Under the pieces are notes generated by a model. That model saw nothing but the letters and a program-made list of their open reading frames with translations. It was not told the origin of the DNA and ran no database searches. From a virus: a stretch of DNA of 64,000 nucleotides. Position numbers and translations under genes: made by a program. Shown here one piece after another: positions 59,132 through 64,000 of the stretch. Within the stretch, counting starts at the first letter, position 1. Each line of letters starts with the position of its first letter. The stretch is taken from the IMG/VR virus record IMGVR_UViG_3300027974_001900, positions 53,361 through 117,360 of that record; one strand, 5' to 3'.

Positions 59132-59650
59132 CTACTTTTCTCCGCGATACTTATAATTATCTTCCCAATCTCTGAAAAGCATATTACCTTTTAAATACGC
59201 TTCTTTCTCCATATTTCTTAAATGTTTGTTCGATTGAGCATAACTATGTTTTGTTGGTTCGTGATTTTCAAATTCACCACGAATATTTTGTCTATGGTGA
59301 ACAAGCTCATGAGAAAGCGATCTCATAATATCTTTAACATGACGACCTGTTGTATAAACGACAATTTCTTCTTTATGGTTAATATAACCACCGGTCTTTC
59401 CAAGAACTTTACCAGCATTCTTTTCATCATTTAGAAGATTAATTTTAACTGGTTTTGTAAGCTTTAATTTTTTTTCTAAATACTCCAACAATGAATCAAA
59501 ATACTTTTGATGTTTTTTATAAATGTTATCTCTTGATTCGTCATTAAATTTAAATATTTTTTTATTTAATGACTCATTTAAAGCCGAAATAGTGGACTTA
59601 TGCAAATCCATAAAATCAAGCCAATCATGAGTTAAATTATCATTTTTCAT
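59132..59650 (-). CDS. Putative zincin metallopeptidase
   Basis: 'SLSHELVHHRQ' (HExxH) plus 'EKEAY'. Confidence 0.65.
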   Translation of the reverse strand: MKNDNLTHDWLDFMDLHKSTISALNESLNKKIFKFNDESRDNIYKKHQKYFDSLLEYLEKKLKLTKPVKINLLNDEKNAGKVLGKTGGYINHKEEIVVYTTGRHVKDIMRSLSHELVHHRQNIRGEFENHEPTKHSYAQSNKHLRNMEKEAYLKGNMLFRDWEDNYKYRGEK

Positions 59651-59991
59651 TATCTTGAATTCTTATAGTTTTGGTATTCGAGGTAGTGATAAACATCGCT
59701 AATTTTTGATGTTGCTTCAACAATTTTTTCTTGTACCCATTCTTCTACGTCATCACCATCTTGCATAAGATCGTGAAGTTTTGCAGCATAAACAGAAAGC
59801 TGAAATAGATTTTGCATTGTCATCTCTAATTCATCCCCACCATCTGTATGTTCTTCTACGCCGTAGTCGTGATCTTCATAAGATGTGTGAGAACCGTGAT
59901 GAACATCAACGGGTTCTGCAAAACCTACAAATTGTTCAGAAACTAATTTTTGATTAACAGCTTTTCTTAAAGCATTGATGTCTAATTTCAT
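59650..59991 (-). CDS. Hypothetical protein
   Basis: 113 aa; leader ending 'KLVSE'. Confidence 0.6.
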   Translation of the reverse strand: MKLDINALRKAVNQKLVSEQFVGFAEPVDVHHGSHTSYEDHDYGVEEHTDGGDELEMTMQNLFQLSVYAAKLHDLMQDGDDVEEWVQEKIVEATSKISDVYHYLEYQNYKNSR

Positions 59992-60785
59992 TTTTTCTCT
60001 CCGTGTTGTTTACCTGTATAAATAACTGTCATGTCTACACCATCCATTGGCTCGACCCAATCTTTGCTAATAACTTCGATGTTTCTTGGATCGTCATCCG
60101 AGAATTTAAGTTTAATTACTTTTCCTTGGTTAAAGTCTTTGCAGTACTCAGCAAACTCTCTTAAAGCTTGTTTTTTTGCTTCTTCTGGTTTACCCATTGA
60201 ACCCGCTAGTTTTGGATGAGATACTGGATAAAATTTACAAAGATCTAAATAGCTTTGGATTGATCCATCTCTATCACCTTTCTTAAAAATTTTATTATAC
60301 TTTTTGATGTTTTTATAAACCTCTCCGGAATTAATGCCGTCTTTGTTTCTTATGATTAATTCATAAACAGCTCTTTTCATTGCACCTGGGCTATGACCTC
60401 TAGCTGTAATGATAGCAAAAATGGAAGCAAAATTAAGACATTCAACAAAATCTTCCCAAGAAGGACCAAGATGAGTTGCTTTTATGGCATCTTTAATAAA
60501 AGTTTTATCTGCCTCTGGTCTAAAGTATCTAAAAGCATTTGGGGCATAATCTTTAATTATATTACCTTCATAATCAAATTCTTCTTTACCAATCATTCCT
60601 CGGAACTCAGCAAAGTCTTCACTACCCATACCAACTTCTTGACCAGATTTGTCAAGAAGGATGATTTTTGTTGGCATGAAAAGAATGTTATCATCCCAAT
60701 CAAAAGCATAATACTTGAGGTTGTGTTTACTATCCTCAATACCTTCTGAAACGAATTTATTCCAATTTTCTACAATTAATTTCAT
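59988..60785 (-). CDS. HAD-superfamily phosphatase
   Basis: 'AFDWDDNI' (DxD), 'ITARGH', 'FSDDD..N'. Confidence 0.7.
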   Translation of the reverse strand: MKLIVENWNKFVSEGIEDSKHNLKYYAFDWDDNILFMPTKIILLDKSGQEVGMGSEDFAEFRGMIGKEEFDYEGNIIKDYAPNAFRYFRPEADKTFIKDAIKATHLGPSWEDFVECLNFASIFAIITARGHSPGAMKRAVYELIIRNKDGINSGEVYKNIKKYNKIFKKGDRDGSIQSYLDLCKFYPVSHPKLAGSMGKPEEAKKQALREFAEYCKDFNQGKVIKLKFSDDDPRNIEVISKDWVEPMDGVDMTVIYTGKQHGEKK

Positions 60786-60791
60786 TATTAA

Positions 60792-61151
60792 TTAATCCAA
60801 TGTTAGTAAATATTTGAGCTTGTTTGTTTCGCCAAGCATTTCGTCTCTAATATTTAGAAGATCGCTGTCTCTTGTTGAATCATAATGTTCAGTTAATTCA
60901 ATTAAAAATTGTGTTAGTTCTTCTAGGAAATCTTTAATTTGAACATCGTTCATATTTGCTAGTTCAATATTTCCGCCTGTTTTAATTCTTCCATACTTTC
61001 CCATATGAGACTCAATAAATTTATCCATTAAATCTCCAAAAGTATCATAAAACTTTCCATAAGCTTTATGTCTTGCATAAGACTTTGTTTGCCAATGAAG
61101 AATTCTAAATTGTTGTTGGAATGAAATAAGATGATCTACAATATTTTCCAT
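60792..61151 (-). CDS. Dps/ferritin-like protein (DUF5856-type)
   Basis: 'LHWQTKSYARHKA...FYD....D.FIE', 'NIRDEMLG..NKLKYLLTL'. Confidence 0.75.
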   Translation of the reverse strand: MENIVDHLISFQQQFRILHWQTKSYARHKAYGKFYDTFGDLMDKFIESHMGKYGRIKTGGNIELANMNDVQIKDFLEELTQFLIELTEHYDSTRDSDLLNIRDEMLGETNKLKYLLTLD

Positions 61152-61167
61152 AGCTATACCTCTTAAC

Positions 61168-61175
61168 TAAATAGT
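61168..61175 (-). promoter_or_regulatory. Candidate phage promoter element ACTATTTA
   Basis: Identical to the element upstream of phoH; precedes the SD GAGG. Confidence 0.4.
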
Positions 61176-61188
61176 CAGTTATGGAGGA

Positions 61189-61428
61189 TTAAGCTTCTGC
61201 TGGTTTTTTATTAAATGCTTCTTTATAGATTTTTAAATTTTTAAGAGATTCACTAATTGCGTGTTTACCATCTGTATCACTTTGTTCTAATTCTTCTAAC
61301 ATAAACCAAAGAGATTCGTTTTCATCTTTCAGTTTTTCTATTTCAAATACAAGACGAGAGATAAGTTTTTTAACCTGTTTCTCGTCTAAATATTCATATT
61401 CTTCTTCTTTATCTTCAAAAGATTTCAT
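61189..61428 (-). CDS. Hypothetical coiled-coil protein
   Basis: 79 aa, translationally coupled to the upstream gene. Confidence 0.55.
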   Translation of the reverse strand: MKSFEDKEEEYEYLDEKQVKKLISRLVFEIEKLKDENESLWFMLEELEQSDTDGKHAISESLKNLKIYKEAFNKKPAEA

Positions 61429-61868
61429 TAATCCTCTTTCTTTGGTTCTGTTGGGATTGCTTCTGACAATTTAACTTCTACTGCATCTTGTGCCGGTGAA
61501 ACTAATAATTTATCTGTTTTTGGAGTTCCTGGTGGGTCATCTTCTTCGTCGATCTTTTGTAGCATTATTTGATCTCTTTGTGAGTTGTTAAACCAGAAAT
61601 CAATAACTCTGTTGTAAGAGCCAATAAAAGCACCAAGAATTAGAAGAAGAATTTCTTTCCATTCTTGTTCCATTGTAGCTTTAAGCATTATAGAAAATAC
61701 TACGCCAAGTAGAATGGCAAGCAGAGTAATCATTGTAATAAACGTAATATACCAACGAACGCTCATCATTTTTTGAAAGATTATATTAAATCTATTTTGT
61801 TTGTCTTGTGGAACTTGCACAGCAGCCTCATTCTTTAAAGCTTTTTCTAGTTGTTCTTTTACTGACAT
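61428..61868 (-). CDS. Putative holin (2 TM helices)
   Basis: Two hydrophobic segments followed by 'VIDFWF'; in the lysis cassette. Confidence 0.5.
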   Translation of the reverse strand: MSVKEQLEKALKNEAAVQVPQDKQNRFNIIFQKMMSVRWYITFITMITLLAILLGVVFSIMLKATMEQEWKEILLLILGAFIGSYNRVIDFWFNNSQRDQIMLQKIDEEDDPPGTPKTDKLLVSPAQDAVEVKLSEAIPTEPKKED

Positions 61869-61880
61869 TCATTAAGCCTC

Positions 61881-62306
61881 CTATAGCTTCTTTACTAAAT
61901 AGACCGTAGTTAGACTAACTACAACACCAGCAGCCGTTCCAATACCAAACCACAAACCTCTGCTTGGTTTTGGTTCTAAAAGAATTTCACTAAGTCTTTT
62001 TATTTCTTTATCTTTTGAATCAAGTTGAATCTTTAAAGTTTTTTCTAAAGTTTCTTTTTCGACTTTGCAAGTATCTTTTAAGAAGGTACATTCGCCACTA
62101 CATTTTTTTGTTAATAAATCTTTATCTAGCTCACACTTTTTGATTATTGCTTCTTTATCTGCTTCGATTGTGGCAAAAGCAACTGAGTCTAATAAGTACC
62201 CACCAAAAGGAGCTTTTTGATCTTGTTTAAGAACAGATACTTTACCATCGGCAAACGCTGGTGATGCAAACATAAAACATAAAATTAATGCTATTAACTT
62301 ATTCAT
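61881..62306 (-). CDS. Secreted coiled-coil protein with C-terminal TM helix (spanin-like?)
   Basis: Likely start MNKLIALILC at 62306 (GGAG SD); SPI-type 'AFA-DG' signal; C-terminal 'LWFGIGTAAGVVVSLTTVYLV'. Confidence 0.55.
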   Translation of the reverse strand: MNKLIALILCFMFASPAFADGKVSVLKQDQKAPFGGYLLDSVAFATIEADKEAIIKKCELDKDLLTKKCSGECTFLKDTCKVEKETLEKTLKIQLDSKDKEIKRLSEILLEPKPSRGLWFGIGTAAGVVVSLTTVYLVKKL

Positions 62307-62718
62307 CTTTGTCTCCCGCTGGTACGACTTCAAATCCAAACTTATGTGCTAATTCGTCCAACACTGCTTCTGGTTCTTGATTAATCTTCTTTGTAAGCTC
62401 CTTGATTCTGGTTTGCCTTAGATCATCTAATTCTTTTACTTTTTGTTCATAATCAAGTTGGATAGAATCTAAATGTTTCTTATAGTCTTCGATTAAAATT
62501 TTTTGTTTCTCTAATGATTCAGCATTAATTTTGTTAATCTGTTCTATTTGAGAATCATAAGCTTTTCTTTGAGCAGACAATTCTTCAACATACTTACCTT
62601 TTATTTCTTCTTCTTTAAACTGGATATACTTGTAAGTACCGAAGCCTACAACAGCTAAAATTATAACAGCTGTTATTGTGACTTTAATAAGAAGATCTTT
62701 TAATATTTGATGTATCAT
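62299..62718 (-). CDS. Putative inner-membrane spanin (Rz-like)
   Basis: N-terminal TM helix plus a long coiled coil, directly after the endolysin. Confidence 0.6.
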   Translation of the reverse strand: MIHQILKDLLIKVTITAVIILAVVGFGTYKYIQFKEEEIKGKYVEELSAQRKAYDSQIEQINKINAESLEKQKILIEDYKKHLDSIQLDYEQKVKELDDLRQTRIKELTKKINQEPEAVLDELAHKFGFEVVPAGDKDE

Positions 62719-62726
62719 TTTGCTCC

Positions 62727-63665
62727 TTAAAACCAGTTGACGCCATAGACATTATCTTTTACTTCGCTCCAATATACAAACTTCTGAGCTTCATTTAAGG
62801 AATAGACTTTAAGCAATTCCTCGCCAAACTTAGAAACATTCTTTGTTAATGCTTTATCATATTGAAAGTGCCACCATTCAGCACCACCATACGCTCCGCC
62901 TTCAAAGAAGCTCTTTCTCGCTGAGATGTTTACGAAACCATGCTTGGCTGCAACCTCAGTGAAATTGAAAGCATGAACTGTTACTTTCTTTGTTTCTAAA
63001 ACAGTTTTGCCTTTTACTGTGCGGCAAACTACTGCATCTAATGTAACTTCTGGTGCTGTTGGTGATTTGCACCACACAGTCCATTTACGAGAATCTGGAA
63101 CTCTTACGCATAGGTAGGGATCTGTATCAAAGTTTTGCATACCAGTTGCTAATGACATATCAAAAGCCAATCCAGTATAATGCATGGAAGTCTTTGATCT
63201 TGCAGGACCAGCACCAGAACTTAGGGCACGACGACCACCAGCAGAGGTTACTACGCCACCGAGAGCATTTACTTCTGCTTTTAGATTCTTATAAGCCACG
63301 GAAGCATCTGTTCTCAATACTGTTGAACTGTATCCGTCTTTACCAGAAACTTTATCTGAAGGGCAAGTAACCCAACCCATTTTTACAGCGGCTTCTTGAA
63401 CAACTGCGGGTGCTTCCTCTGGTTGGTCATCAAACTCTGCGCCTTCTTTACCGGCAGCTTTTAGAGCAGCGTCAATTGCTTGTAATGTTTTTGGACCAAC
63501 AACGCCGTCTGCTCCCAATCCTTTCTTTGATTGAAAATCTTTTACTGCATCTTGGGTTTTCGCACCAAATGCACCGTCAACATTACCTAAATCATAACCT
63601 AAATCAGTTAGGTTTTGTTGTAATGTCGCAACTACTGGACCTGTCATACCTCTTTTAATTAACAT
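62727..63665 (-). CDS. Modular endolysin: PG_binding_1 + M15 (VanY-like) Zn peptidase
   Basis: 'LQQNL..LGY....VDGAFGAKTQDAVKDFQ..KGLGADGVVGPKT'; 'SMHYTGLAFD' and 'EWWH'. Confidence 0.85.
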   Translation of the reverse strand: MLIKRGMTGPVVATLQQNLTDLGYDLGNVDGAFGAKTQDAVKDFQSKKGLGADGVVGPKTLQAIDAALKAAGKEGAEFDDQPEEAPAVVQEAAVKMGWVTCPSDKVSGKDGYSSTVLRTDASVAYKNLKAEVNALGGVVTSAGGRRALSSGAGPARSKTSMHYTGLAFDMSLATGMQNFDTDPYLCVRVPDSRKWTVWCKSPTAPEVTLDAVVCRTVKGKTVLETKKVTVHAFNFTEVAAKHGFVNISARKSFFEGGAYGGAEWWHFQYDKALTKNVSKFGEELLKVYSLNEAQKFVYWSEVKDNVYGVNWF

Positions 63666-63689
63666 ACATTTCCCCCTATGTGTATATTG

Positions 63690-63697
63690 TAATTAGT
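63690..63697 (-). promoter_or_regulatory. Candidate phage promoter element ACTAATTA upstream of the endolysin
   Basis: One-base variant of ACTATTTA in the intergenic gap. Confidence 0.35.
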
Positions 63698-63699
63698 TT

Positions 63700-64000
63700 C
63701 TAAATGTCAAAGAAGATTGGAATATCTGAATTTGGTCTAAATCCAAAGTTACCGCTATGAAGATCCAATGTAGTGTGATATCCTTTTTTATCATATGATT
63801 CTTTTAAAATTTTGAATAGTTGTAACGAAATTCCTATAAATTGCTCTTCTGATAAAGAACGAACTCCATTAGGATTATCAAAAACCATATATAAAATTCT
63901 AAAAAGATTTTTAGTATCTTTTCTATTTAAAAGATCTTCTATTCTATCTAATGTGTAATCTGATGCGAAAATTTTATTTTTCATTGTAATAAAAATAGCA
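63700..64000 (-). CDS. C-terminal part of a protein-kinase-like/phosphotransferase-fold protein (5' end outside window)
   Basis: Frame stays open upstream of 63984 to the window edge; 'LDLHSGNFG...IFFD' matches the catalytic loop and Mg-binding Asp. Confidence 0.55.
   Translation of the reverse strand, partial: AIFITMKNKIFASDYTLDRIEDLLNRKDTKNLFRILYMVFDNPNGVRSLSEEQFIGISLQLFKILKESYDKKGYHTTLDLHSGNFGFRPNSDIPIFFDI

Noticed and set aside
1-64000. CRISPR arrays, tRNA/rRNA genes, DGR or retron reverse transcriptase, integrase/IS
   Set aside because: No regularly spaced repeats, cloverleafs, RT motifs or transposase motifs seen; intergenic space is minimal
1-64000. Stop-codon reassignment (seen in some large phages)
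   Set aside because: Recognisable genes are essentially full length and tightly packed under the standard code; TAA, TAG and TGA all terminate genes

Overview
64 kb of an AT-rich, gene-dense genome in which essentially every gene is on the minus strand. It is most consistent with a large contractile-tailed (T4-like/jumbo) bacteriophage. In transcription order (right to left): a lysis cassette (PG-binding + M15 peptidase endolysin, spanin/holin-like membrane proteins); a block of probable head-packaged proteins sharing Leu-x-Glu-delimited leaders and tails (three tandem PG-binding/hydrophobic-helix proteins, a ligase-fold + HIGH nucleotidyltransferase fusion, HAD and zincin enzymes); a CUB/LamG/Calx-beta adhesin; ClpP-like, Hc1-like and PIN-PhoH genes; a free-standing Vsr/EDxHD-type homing endonuclease next to a glycosyltransferase split by an ORF-less 259-nt group I intron that the ORF track misses; an ~18 kb glycan cluster (GDP-fucose/colitose, nonulosonic acid, Maf-like and fucosyl transferases, tailoring enzymes); a gp55-like sigma factor; and a baseplate/tail module. 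Top leads: (1) the intron plus adjacent endonuclease, a collaborative-homing-like pair in an unusual host gene, with no apparent P9; (2) a possible phage-encoded virion O-glycosylation system, suggested by the glycan cluster together with strong [S/T]-[G/A]-S enrichment in structural proteins; (3) a family of LxE-processed packaged proteins. All family calls come from motif recognition by eye; no database searches were run.
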